This document shows, one piece after another, positions 17,668 through 25,879 of a DNA stretch of 64,000 nucleotides (position 1 is the stretch's first letter; the number at the start of each line of letters is the position of its first letter). The position numbers were made by a program, and so were the translations under genes. The notes under the pieces are model-generated. The model was not told the origin of the DNA. It worked only from the letters and a program-made list of their open reading frames with translations, and searched no databases. The DNA is taken from the IMG/VR virus record IMGVR_UViG_3300037466_001997, positions 64,001-128,000 of that record. One strand, written 5' to 3'. The stretch is from a virus. Its lineage: Duplodnaviria; Heunggongvirae; Uroviricota; Caudoviricetes.

Positions 17668-18249
17668 TTAGGAGATTGTGAACGTTCCGTTCGTGTTCGA
17701 TACAACGGCGCTGATGTTGTTGTTTACGGTTTCGGTGATACCTGTACCCGAAACGGAGTAAACTTTCGTAGCAGCGGTGTTCGATAGGTTCTGTGCCTGA
17801 ATCTTGTATGTTCCGGCTGTCGCTACCTTGAAACGGAAATCCAACGTGTTGTTGGCATTTACGATAGATGCCTTGTTGGTATTCGACGTTGCGACCACGT
17901 TGTTACCACCAGCGGTGTTAGCAATGGTCAAGCGGAATGGCGATGGTGAAGCAGCAATCGAAAGAGCTTCTGTGAACACGACATAAACGTGATTGAGTTG
18001 ATTCTTTTTAAGTGATGTTCCGCCAGTCGAGTTAGCAACGTAAATCTGTGTAATATCTGGATTACCCATTGTAACTTCTTTATCCAAGTTACCAAGAGCT
18101 ACCAGAGTGATATCCTTTACACGGTTGTTACCGTTTACGTCAGTGTAAACAAGACGGCGTGTCCATCCTGCTTTCGTTGCAATTACATTTCTCTTTTCAG
18201 CGGCTGTAAGGTGTGTAGGAACCTTACCTGATTTATTCCAAAGTGACAT
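17668..18249 (-). CDS. Virion structural protein (Ig-like beta domain likely)
   Basis: MSLW...AGW N-terminus, T/N/S/A-rich beta strands; late promoter upstream. Confidence 0.6.
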   Translation of the reverse strand: MSLWNKSGKVPTHLTAAEKRNVIATKAGWTRRLVYTDVNGNNRVKDITLVALGNLDKEVTMGNPDITQIYVANSTGGTSLKKNQLNHVYVVFTEALSIAASPSPFRLTIANTAGGNNVVATSNTNKASIVNANNTLDFRFKVATAGTYKIQAQNLSNTAATKVYSVSGTGITETVNNNISAVVSNTNGTFTIS

Positions 18250-18308
18250 TTGTTTAATTCCTTCGTTTTTCGTTATAATTAACTACTCGGCATAATATAC
18301 TTCACCCA

Positions 18309-18316
18309 TATTTATA
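18309..18316 (-). promoter_or_regulatory. T4-type late promoter
   Basis: TATAAATA upstream of structural operon starting 18249. Confidence 0.75.
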
Positions 18317-18327
18317 AATTCGGGGTA

Positions 18328-18356
18328 TTGACATTTTCCAATAGAATGGCTATCTA
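18328..18356 (+). promoter_or_regulatory. Sigma70-type promoter
   Basis: TTGACA-N17-TATCTA. Confidence 0.7.
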
Positions 18357-18377
18357 TAGGAAAACGAAGGGATTCTA

Positions 18378-18842
18378 ATGCTAAAAGAGAATTTGGAACA
18401 AAGAGTTGCGATGTTCGACACAATGAAATTTCCATCGCTGATGGAACGTTTCGTGTTGCGCAATTCGCCGGGTGAAATGACAGGCATCCCATTCGATGAC
18501 GAACTGGGTGAACCAAAGATGTGTTTCATGAACGCAACACATCTGTCTCTGGAAACTCACGTCGAGTATTTCGAAGGTTATTGCATGAGGGACGATCTAC
18601 AGATTCCGTTCCATCATGCGTGGTGCGTCGATGACGGCATGATCCTTGATCCGACGCTGAAAGAACCGGAGCGCTATCACTACCTTGGCGTTGAAATTCC
18701 CAAGCCAGACCTAAGAGCCGAACTGGCTAAAAGCGGCTATTACGGCATTCTGGATAACGGCATGATCAATTACGGGTACATGTTCAAGCGTGATCCGGAA
18801 CTGAAAGAGATTGCCGAACGCATCATGGGGCGGGCGATCTAG
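18378..18842 (+). CDS. Hypothetical protein with C-F-x-N-A and HAW motifs
   Basis: MCFMNA...YFEGY...HHAWCVD; possible Cys-His catalytic fold. Confidence 0.6.
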   Translation: MLKENLEQRVAMFDTMKFPSLMERFVLRNSPGEMTGIPFDDELGEPKMCFMNATHLSLETHVEYFEGYCMRDDLQIPFHHAWCVDDGMILDPTLKEPERYHYLGVEIPKPDLRAELAKSGYYGILDNGMINYGYMFKRDPELKEIAERIMGRAI

Positions 18843-18884
18843 TCACATTTTTGCAACGGAGGGAAACCATGTGAAATAGCCATA

Positions 18885-18912
18885 TTGACGGAACACCCAA
18901 AGCGCATATCTT
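18885..18912 (+). promoter_or_regulatory. Sigma70-type promoter for omp gene
   Basis: TTGACG-N16-TATCTT. Confidence 0.6.
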
Positions 18913-18939
18913 CATCTGAAATCAACAAGGGACTAACAC

Positions 18940-19653
18940 ATGAAAATCTCTGGACTTTTGGCAGGCGCTGTCCTGCTTATGGCTGGTCATGCCTATGCGG
19001 CTGATGCGGTCGTTTCCGAACCGCCAGTGGTGGCACAGACCTATAACTGGTCCGGCCTCTACGTTCTTGGCACAGGCGGCTATGGTTGGGGTGAATCGGA
19101 TCACGAACACCAGAACGTCAATACGTTTGGTGGGCCGGGTGGAACCTATTCCGACAGCGGGCATAGTTTCGTTGGTGGTGTCGGTGTCGGCTACAACTTC
19201 GCTTTCACCAACGGCATCGTACTTGGTGTCGAAGGCCAGCTTCGTTCCGGCATGAAGATGGATGACGGCGGCGAATTCGAAATCTATCACAATTCCACCA
19301 CGACCAAATCGAAATACGTGGCGACCATCGCCGGGCGGCTTGGCTATGCGGTGGATAGCTTCCTGCCATACGTCAAGGCGGGTTGGGCTGGTGCCGATGT
19401 CGAATCGACACAGGATTACCATCCGGGCGGCACACCGACGACTTGGAGCGACTCCAAGTTCATGAACGGTTTCGTGGTCGGCGCTGGCGTGGACTATGCC
19501 GTCACCGATAACATCTTCGTCGGCGTGGAATACAACTACATCGACTTCGGCAAGAAGACGTTCAGTGGGCTGGACTCGAACGGGACGTTGACGGAAATTT
19601 CCGGCAAACTGCGGGAACAGACCGTCATGGCACGTATCGGTATGAAATTCTAA
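18940..19653 (+). CDS. RopB/Omp25/Omp31-family 8-stranded outer-membrane beta-barrel protein
   Basis: Signal peptide ending AYA-AD, YNWSGLYV.G..GYGWG, GRLGYA.D..LPYVKAG, G.GVDYAVTDN, C-terminal Phe. Confidence 0.9.
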   Translation: MKISGLLAGAVLLMAGHAYAADAVVSEPPVVAQTYNWSGLYVLGTGGYGWGESDHEHQNVNTFGGPGGTYSDSGHSFVGGVGVGYNFAFTNGIVLGVEGQLRSGMKMDDGGEFEIYHNSTTTKSKYVATIAGRLGYAVDSFLPYVKAGWAGADVESTQDYHPGGTPTTWSDSKFMNGFVVGAGVDYAVTDNIFVGVEYNYIDFGKKTFSGLDSNGTLTEISGKLREQTVMARIGMKF

Positions 19654-19680
19654 GCAAGGGTGGCAACCCGATACAAAAAG

Positions 19681-19707
19681 AAAAGGGAGCGTTAAGCTCC
19701 CTTTTTT
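19681..19707. terminator. Bidirectional intrinsic terminator
   Basis: AAAAGGGAGC-GTTAA-GCTCCCTTTTTT between convergent genes. Confidence 0.8.
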
Positions 19708-19901
19708 AATGTCCTGATGACTTTTTCAACCAAATCCTTGGCTTGCGGATGGATGATAACCGTATCGTTTTTGGTTTGCACCAAATCGGCCTTATCTTCG
19801 GCAGAGAAATCTTTGAACTTCTGATCTTTCTTTTCGTCGCCTTTGTCTTTGGCCTTGTCGCCGCCGCCAAAGCCACCAGAGTATGACTTGTTTCCGAACA
19901 T
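19692..19901 (-). CDS. Small charged hypothetical protein
   Basis: ORF; CTAAATA late-like element upstream. Confidence 0.55.
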   Translation of the reverse strand: MFGNKSYSGGFGGGDKAKDKGDEKKDQKFKDFSAEDKADLVQTKNDTVIIHPQAKDLVEKVIRTLKKGA

Positions 19902-19930
19902 GGTTTATCCCTATGAGTTTTCACATATAT

Positions 19931-21136
19931 TTAGTGAAAATTCTTATTCATCGACTCTTCGTCGGGAAGGGGCATCCGGGTTCCATCGGAATTCCGGACA
20001 TTGGTGAACCGGGTCGGATATTGAAAGAATGGCGTCCCAAGGTGAGAAACCTTGTAGATCGTCTGACTGTAGACCGTGAACTGGGCACCGTCTTTGAAGG
20101 TCACCAGAAGTTCGTTTTCCAGATGACCACCCTTCAAACGATTGTAGATGATCTTGATTTCATCCATGTTCTGCTTTTTGTCCACAATCGCACCAAGCTT
20201 GGCGGTGTTCTTGTTCACAAAGCCTTCAAGGATCAGGTTCACCGTGCGCACTGCATCAGCGTGGCAGATTTCTTTCCAATTCGGCTTCATGTTCTCGTAA
20301 GGTTTGCCCTTCTGGAAATCGATGCAATCCTGAACAAGCTGGCCTGAACCGTGCGGAGCCGCCATCCACCATGATTGACCGTGGCGCTTGGTTCGATCCT
20401 TGGTTTCCGAAGTGACCTTGGCAATGATCGAAGCTTCGTCTTCATCCTTTCGACGGAAACGCTTGCGGCTTTCCACTTCCTTATCGATCATGTTCTTTTC
20501 CATGATCGCCGTGAGCTTGTCGATGTTGCTGAAAGCCCACGTCACATCCTTGATGTTCATTTCCTCGAAATACTTTTCGTAGGTCGGACGAACCTGTTCC
20601 ACCAGCTTGCGAAGGATTTCGGTCATGCGCTTGGCAGCGCCATGGGAAACCATCGCCTGAAACTGTGCCTTGGCGGCTTCCTTCTTTTCGTCCGGCTTGC
20701 GGCCCGACTTGATGTAGCCCTTAAGCTCTTTCAGCATGTCGGGGAAGCTCTGCATCCCGGCGAGCAAGGCGTAAGCTTCCGGAAAATCATTCTTGAAAGG
20801 CGTGATTTCCTTGAACGACTTCTTAATACCAACCGGGCTCTTGTTCATCCAATAAACGGCATCGAACTTTTTACGGTCGGGATGCCCATGGGGAATGTCC
20901 AGATACTTTTTTGAAACGGTCTGTTCCATAGCCGTTTCCCAACCACGGGAGAAACCGTAGGAGTACAAATCCTTGTACTCGGCGTTGTAGATATCCTTGG
21001 TTTCAATGCCCTTCTGGAAAAGATCGATGGCCTTTAGATACTGTTCCTTTTCCCGACCTTCAAGGTATTCGGCTGGCTTGCGATATGAATCCCAATCGTA
21101 GCCAGCCTGTTCAGCGAGAAATTGTTTGAAGCCCAT
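19931..21136 (-). CDS. Large hypothetical protein with capsid-targeting-like N-terminus
   Basis: Start refined to MGFKQFLAE after AAGGGA; 401 aa, no family recognised. Confidence 0.7.
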   Translation of the reverse strand: MGFKQFLAEQAGYDWDSYRKPAEYLEGREKEQYLKAIDLFQKGIETKDIYNAEYKDLYSYGFSRGWETAMEQTVSKKYLDIPHGHPDRKKFDAVYWMNKSPVGIKKSFKEITPFKNDFPEAYALLAGMQSFPDMLKELKGYIKSGRKPDEKKEAAKAQFQAMVSHGAAKRMTEILRKLVEQVRPTYEKYFEEMNIKDVTWAFSNIDKLTAIMEKNMIDKEVESRKRFRRKDEDEASIIAKVTSETKDRTKRHGQSWWMAAPHGSGQLVQDCIDFQKGKPYENMKPNWKEICHADAVRTVNLILEGFVNKNTAKLGAIVDKKQNMDEIKIIYNRLKGGHLENELLVTFKDGAQFTVYSQTIYKVSHLGTPFFQYPTRFTNVRNSDGTRMPLPDEESMNKNFH

Positions 21137-21137
21137 T

Positions 21138-21629
21138 TTACTGTCCCTTCTGATTCTTGACCACGATGGTATCAACCCGCACTTCAAAATCAGGAAGCTT
21201 CACGTCACTTATCACCGGGGTTCCCGAGTAACTGTAGCTCACTGAAAGATGGGGTTTCCACTCTGGCCATGAATCCTTTAGACCGGTTGTTTCGTACAGC
21301 TTCCTTATATTCACTAATTCATTGGATTTGTCAATGAGAATTGTAGGCACATTTTTTTCAGGCCCTAGCAATTCCATTTGCTTGAGTTTCAGTGGCACAG
21401 GCTCAATAGGAAACGTTCCATTAGCCACATATTTTTGGTTATCTGAATAGAATACGGTAATATGGAAATCGAACTTTTTTGGATCGATTGCTTCACCAGA
21501 AAACGACTGGCTGATGTTAAAGCCTTGCGCCTTACACCATTCTCTCATTTTCGTTTGAGAGGCTTCGTCCAATATCAACGAAACATATTTTTTGCCGTAA
21601 TTTTTTAGGAAATGTTTAAATGAAAGCAA
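21138..21629 (-). CDS. 2H phosphoesterase, T4 gp57B/Acb1-like
   Basis: HITVFYS and PHLSVSY (two HxT/S motifs) with Acb1-like spacing and length. Confidence 0.75.
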   Translation of the reverse strand: MLSFKHFLKNYGKKYVSLILDEASQTKMREWCKAQGFNISQSFSGEAIDPKKFDFHITVFYSDNQKYVANGTFPIEPVPLKLKQMELLGPEKNVPTILIDKSNELVNIRKLYETTGLKDSWPEWKPHLSVSYSYSGTPVISDVKLPDFEVRVDTIVVKNQKGQ

Positions 21630-21637
21630 TTAGTGGG

Positions 21638-21985
21638 TTAGGCTTTCTCCGAATCCACCATGCGGACATGCGGGAACCCGCCACACTTCTTGCCTAGCGC
21701 CATCGCTTGGCTTCTATCATCATGACTGCCCATGATTTCACCGGTCTGATTGTGAATAATTCTATAACGACCTAGGACTTTTTCATTGCGTTCCATAATA
21801 ACTTCTTCCTTGAACAACTTAGACATCGCTTCTTCTTTTTTGCGATCTTGGTGAGCTTTAAGATTAGTATTGATGCGATCAAGATGTGCTTTGAACATCT
21901 TGACTTGTCTCTTTAGACTTTCTTCCTTTTGATCTACTACCCTTGCTTCCGCAAGTTGAAAAGCCTTGGAAAAGTCGATTGCCAT
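21638..21985 (-). CDS. Hypothetical protein sharing a domain with 60004..60621
   Basis: LGRYRIIH..TGEIMGSHDD. Confidence 0.6.
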   Translation of the reverse strand: MAIDFSKAFQLAEARVVDQKEESLKRQVKMFKAHLDRINTNLKAHQDRKKEEAMSKLFKEEVIMERNEKVLGRYRIIHNQTGEIMGSHDDRSQAMALGKKCGGFPHVRMVDSEKA

Positions 21986-22002
21986 ATAGAACCCTTTTGA
22001 TT

Positions 22003-22530
22003 CTATTTAGCATTTCTCATTGTGTTGTAGAGCATAAGAGCGGTATTGGCGGATATCGTCTCTGGTAGATTGTTCAAGAACATATACCTTTGTTCCTGTA
22101 CAACGTAGTCTTTCATTTTTGAACTTGAAAGACCTTCTATCCCGGCCTTGGATGCATCCCGCTTGCCGCCAGAAATGGCAGATAGGGCGATAGGAAGTCT
22201 GGATTCTTTCTCATAGACCGCAAGCATCCTCTGGAAATCTGCTAGTCTGTCTTGACCTATGACCATGATGGCAGATTCGTATTCGCAGTCAACGATATAA
22301 TTGATGACATCGCAAAATCTTTGAAAAGAAAGCACGGAATCGCCAAAAACTTCCCTTAGAACTTCCAACCTCTGTTCATTGGTCAAAGGATAGTTCTTGG
22401 TGGAACAAGGCGTGAAAATCATGTAGTCGCCGGAATTTTCTTCGGCCAACTGCTTGACAATATTCACGATTTTCATGTGGCCTTTATGCGGGGGCTGAAA
22501 GCGGCCCCACGTAAAAAACAGCTTAGTCAA
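22003..22530 (-). CDS. Cytidylyltransferase-like (HxGH) nucleotidyltransferase
   Basis: FTWGRFQPPHKGH, GQDRL, SSSKM. Confidence 0.85.
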   Translation of the reverse strand: MTKLFFTWGRFQPPHKGHMKIVNIVKQLAEENSGDYMIFTPCSTKNYPLTNEQRLEVLREVFGDSVLSFQRFCDVINYIVDCEYESAIMVIGQDRLADFQRMLAVYEKESRLPIALSAISGGKRDASKAGIEGLSSSKMKDYVVQEQRYMFLNNLPETISANTALMLYNTMRNAK

Positions 22531-23332
22531 ATTCGACCCAACATTTGATTTCGTGAGGCATTTCGAGTTTAGCCGATTGAATCATGAATCCGGCTTCACG
22601 CATGATCATTTGCATCATGTCGTTGGCTGTATCCTTGACATAATACTTTTTCATTAGAACTTTGTATACATTCTCGAAACAATCAAGCTCATACCAAAGG
22701 ATTTCAGGAAAGAAGCTTTCTATGATAGAAACAAAACCATGATTCTTGGAAGACATCAATGTACGCCTATCCACAGTGCTGTATCGCTTGGCACCCCTAG
22801 TTGTTTGAACCAAGAACACTAGACCTTCATATAGATCAAGATACTCTTTGGTCCGCAAATCATATTCACCTAAATTCATTTCCTTAGTTGTCAATATGTT
22901 CAGATACGCCTGTAACAGGATATTTCTGTGGGCACTTTTATACAATGATGTAGCAGAAGACCAAAACATATTGACAGAAAAATCAATACTTTGCGTTTGG
23001 TTGAAATCCAACTGATAAGTTGCCGTAGGATCATCACCCATAGGAAACGGAGACGGGATTTCTACCGACATACAATGTTTGGTGATATTCTTGGTGCTAA
23101 ACCCGGCGTCTTTGATATTGGTGCAGAATAATATCCATTCATCGTCCCGCATTTTTACGGCCACATCGACATCACCAATTTCACCCGTTCGTTTCCATCG
23201 ACCAGAACCAACTATTTCCCATAAATGACCATAGTTAAAAGAAAAACGAAGCAATTTTTCAATAACAGGTTCGATATAGTAAATATTTTCAGCTTTAAAA
23301 GGTTTGGTGTTAGGAAACGACTTCCCGCCCAC
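22523..23332 (-). CDS. Pol-beta superfamily nucleotidyltransferase (start refined to GTG, MGGKSF)
   Basis: GSG......GDVDVAV and YQLDF motifs; AAGGA 8 nt before GTG. Confidence 0.7.
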   Translation of the reverse strand: MGGKSFPNTKPFKAENIYYIEPVIEKLLRFSFNYGHLWEIVGSGRWKRTGEIGDVDVAVKMRDDEWILFCTNIKDAGFSTKNITKHCMSVEIPSPFPMGDDPTATYQLDFNQTQSIDFSVNMFWSSATSLYKSAHRNILLQAYLNILTTKEMNLGEYDLRTKEYLDLYEGLVFLVQTTRGAKRYSTVDRRTLMSSKNHGFVSIIESFFPEILWYELDCFENVYKVLMKKYYVKDTANDMMQMIMREAGFMIQSAKLEMPHEIKCWVEFD

Positions 23333-24221
23333 GGGTTCTATCCTTATTGAAATTTCTAGAAGAAAATTGTATTCGATCAACCATCTTAACCAGTTTGGTC
23401 CCCGTGTCAATCACCAATCCTTCATGACCGAAACCGGGAGCCGGGGCGGCGTGATTGTTGACTACCTTCATACTTTGCAGAAGTTCATTCTTCCATTCAG
23501 CCATAGACATATAATTGCGCATCAGAACAATCCAGTTGTGCTGATTTGCTGCAATGAATTGTTTCTTGTTCGGCGGTGCGAAATGCCACAAGTCAGATAG
23601 GTTCAAATCCCATTTGCCCAGACGAACACGGGAATTGACATATTTTTTGAACATTTCCTTGTCGGCGTTCGGCAAACCCTTGGCATCATTGGCCCTGAAC
23701 GGTTCGGCATGGTACTCGATTTTGGGCATGACGTTGACGGCAAGCATGTTGATTGGGCTTGTCGGTGCCCAATTGGACATACGTCCGCCGACCGTGTGGA
23801 TAGCCACACCAAGCGCATAGTCTCGGAACATATCCAAGGAATGCAGCTTATATTTCACCACGTTTGGCGTGAAATAGCCGTTCGTTATGGTGTACATGTC
23901 AAAAAGGAAGTCGCCATGCAGGACATGTGGAAGACGCATGTCCTTGAAAGCAATGAATAGTTCAGACATGATTCGCATCAAGTCTGGGTCTGTGATCTTC
24001 TGTGCGATTTCCTCGAATTTCCGGAACAGTTCGGGTTCTTTTTTCAGATACCCGTTCTTGAACGCCAGAAAGAAACCTTTGTTGTCGTTGCCAACCACGA
24101 ATGCGGGCGAACCATCCCATTTCACAGAAACGGGATATTTCTTGGCAGCGATGTTGTGGATAATATGGTTTACGTCAATGCTGTTTTCAAACAGCAAATC
24201 TTCAAAGTGACAAATTCTCAA
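23310..24221 (-). CDS. DUF6267-like protein with ligase-type KxDG motif
   Basis: HFEDL, SVKWDGSPA, HGDFLF, FTPNVVKY, HEGLV, KMVDR.QFS. Confidence 0.7.
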   Translation of the reverse strand: MRICHFEDLLFENSIDVNHIIHNIAAKKYPVSVKWDGSPAFVVGNDNKGFFLAFKNGYLKKEPELFRKFEEIAQKITDPDLMRIMSELFIAFKDMRLPHVLHGDFLFDMYTITNGYFTPNVVKYKLHSLDMFRDYALGVAIHTVGGRMSNWAPTSPINMLAVNVMPKIEYHAEPFRANDAKGLPNADKEMFKKYVNSRVRLGKWDLNLSDLWHFAPPNKKQFIAANQHNWIVLMRNYMSMAEWKNELLQSMKVVNNHAAPAPGFGHEGLVIDTGTKLVKMVDRIQFSSRNFNKDRTRGREVVS

Positions 24222-24232
24222 TCAAGTTTCTT

Positions 24233-24403
24233 TCATTTAGTATCATCATATTCGGCGGCTTCGACACCCTTTCGGTAGCCGAGTGTATAAGCTTCCATCC
24301 ATGCTTCCTTGGCAATATTTTTTGTCATTTGGGGTATAGGGCCAGATTGACCCTTGAAATATTCCCAGTAATATTCTTCCCACCACTTTTCGAACGTGTT
24401 CAT
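24233..24403 (-). CDS. Hypothetical protein, 56 aa (not in ORF track)
   Basis: Hand translation MNTFEKWWEEYYW...; ATGA overlap with upstream stop. Confidence 0.6.
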   Translation of the reverse strand: MNTFEKWWEEYYWEYFKGQSGPIPQMTKNIAKEAWMEAYTLGYRKGVEAAEYDDTK

Positions 24404-24954
24404 TTCAGTTCCTCTTTCAGAAGATTCATAACACGATCAAGCTCTGCCTGTGAATGAGGGGTGCCACCGGAATTCATTTCCAGATACCACGTTAACACTT
24501 CGGCCCGAGTTTTCAAGGTGTTCACATGCACTTTGAATGAACCGGAGTTGCCGCTTAACACCCGCAACTGCCCACCATACTCTTTGAACATCGTCCCGAA
24601 TGCAGGAATCTCATTGTTCATGAAACGACGAACTGCCGTAACACGCTGTAGACCATCCACAAGTTGCAATGGCGTGTTAAAATCGCCCATCCATGTAGAG
24701 CAATTGAAATAGATGTCTCGACCACTCTTGCCACCACGCAAAGCGTATTCGACATAGGCAATCTGTTGAGCTTCGGTCCAAACATGACCACGCTGGAAAT
24801 CCGGGCACAATTCAAGTGGGGTATCGTCGGAAAATTCTTTTCCTTCAACCCAATGACGGATGAAATATCCCCAATCGGCATCCACCGCATAAGGCGCTTC
24901 CCGTGTGAATTGCGGGATATCACGAAAATCTTTGTATGGACCTAACTTAATCAT
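24400..24954 (-). CDS. Stand-alone DUF262 (ParB-like, GmrSD N-terminal type) protein
   Basis: PDFQRGHVWT, LVDGLQR.TA, MNSGGTPH. Confidence 0.8.
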   Translation of the reverse strand: MIKLGPYKDFRDIPQFTREAPYAVDADWGYFIRHWVEGKEFSDDTPLELCPDFQRGHVWTEAQQIAYVEYALRGGKSGRDIYFNCSTWMGDFNTPLQLVDGLQRVTAVRRFMNNEIPAFGTMFKEYGGQLRVLSGNSGSFKVHVNTLKTRAEVLTWYLEMNSGGTPHSQAELDRVMNLLKEELK

Positions 24955-24985
24955 ACTTTCCGTATATCCAACTTTCTACAATACG

Positions 24986-25540
24986 TCAAGCGATATTATA
25001 ATCAGGCTGTTTCATTGCCTTGATAAGGAATGAACGTAGGTTCGGGTCGCTCTTGCACAATGCCTCGAATTTTTCTGTGACCATTTCTATGATCGCCAGA
25101 AGGGTTAGATTGGCATCGTGTTCCCACGGAAGCAAGGCGTACAATTCGTGCGCCTTGTCCCTGTGCATCGCAACCAACTGGTGAACCGGCATGTATTCGT
25201 CATGTTCCCAGTACACCATATCCTTGGACCTATCGATCCGGAACCCGTTTTCCATATACTGCTTGACGTGGACAAGCTCATGAGAAAGAACGGATATCAT
25301 TTTCTTGCGGGTATCCTTGAAGATCACCACATTGAAACATCCGGGGGCGTATTGGTCCGTGAAACCACCCGAATCAGGGTAGATAGAGTCCGATTTCTCT
25401 TTGATAAAAATTTTCACGATAATTTTTTCGTGGGGTTCTGTCAGAACCGTTTCAAGAAAAAGTCGTGTGTAGCAAATGGCACCATCTAACTCTACAGGCG
25501 TAAAGGCTTCCGGTAGGCAAAAATCAGTAATAGTAATCAA
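24986..25540 (-). CDS. Zincin-like metallopeptidase
   Basis: SHELVHVKQY (HExxH) and PWEHDA. Confidence 0.7.
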   Translation of the reverse strand: MITITDFCLPEAFTPVELDGAICYTRLFLETVLTEPHEKIIVKIFIKEKSDSIYPDSGGFTDQYAPGCFNVVIFKDTRKKMISVLSHELVHVKQYMENGFRIDRSKDMVYWEHDEYMPVHQLVAMHRDKAHELYALLPWEHDANLTLLAIIEMVTEKFEALCKSDPNLRSFLIKAMKQPDYNIA

Positions 25541-25728
25541 TTGAAACTCTTAAGAATAAATGCTGGTGTCCATCCTTCGAAACCACGTCCCATTTTCAGT
25601 GATTGATACAGTTTGTTCGCTTCTTCATGGGTATCAAATTCATCAATTACGTTTGTGCTTTCGATTTCAACAACACGGAATTTATTCTTCTGTTTCGAGA
25701 GTTTGTACATTTTCTTCCCAACACACAA
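25537..25728 (-). CDS. Conserved small hypothetical protein
   Basis: C-terminal GFEGWTPAF. Confidence 0.6.
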   Translation of the reverse strand: MCVGKKMYKLSKQKNKFRVVEIESTNVIDEFDTHEEANKLYQSLKMGRGFEGWTPAFILKSFN

Positions 25729-25879
25729 TGGCTGAATAACGTTGTTTCACAGGGGTAGTTGTAAGATGCGCTTTCTTGATTCTAACTACTTCATACTTGA
25801 TGCCCGATAATGAGAGTTGTCGAATTAGTTCTGAATAGCCTGATTTGTCGTTTTCTTTAAAAATTCTGGTACAATACAT
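25682..25879 (-). CDS. Hypothetical protein
   Basis: ORF coupled to helicase stop. Confidence 0.45.
   Translation of the reverse strand: MYCTRIFKENDKSGYSELIRQLSLSGIKYEVVRIKKAHLTTTPVKQRYSAIVCWEENVQTLETEE

Noticed and set aside
18258-18373. Inverted repeat TTCCTTCGTTTT / AAAACGAAGGGA across the divergent region
   Set aside because: Explained by similar ribosome-binding contexts of the two divergent genes.
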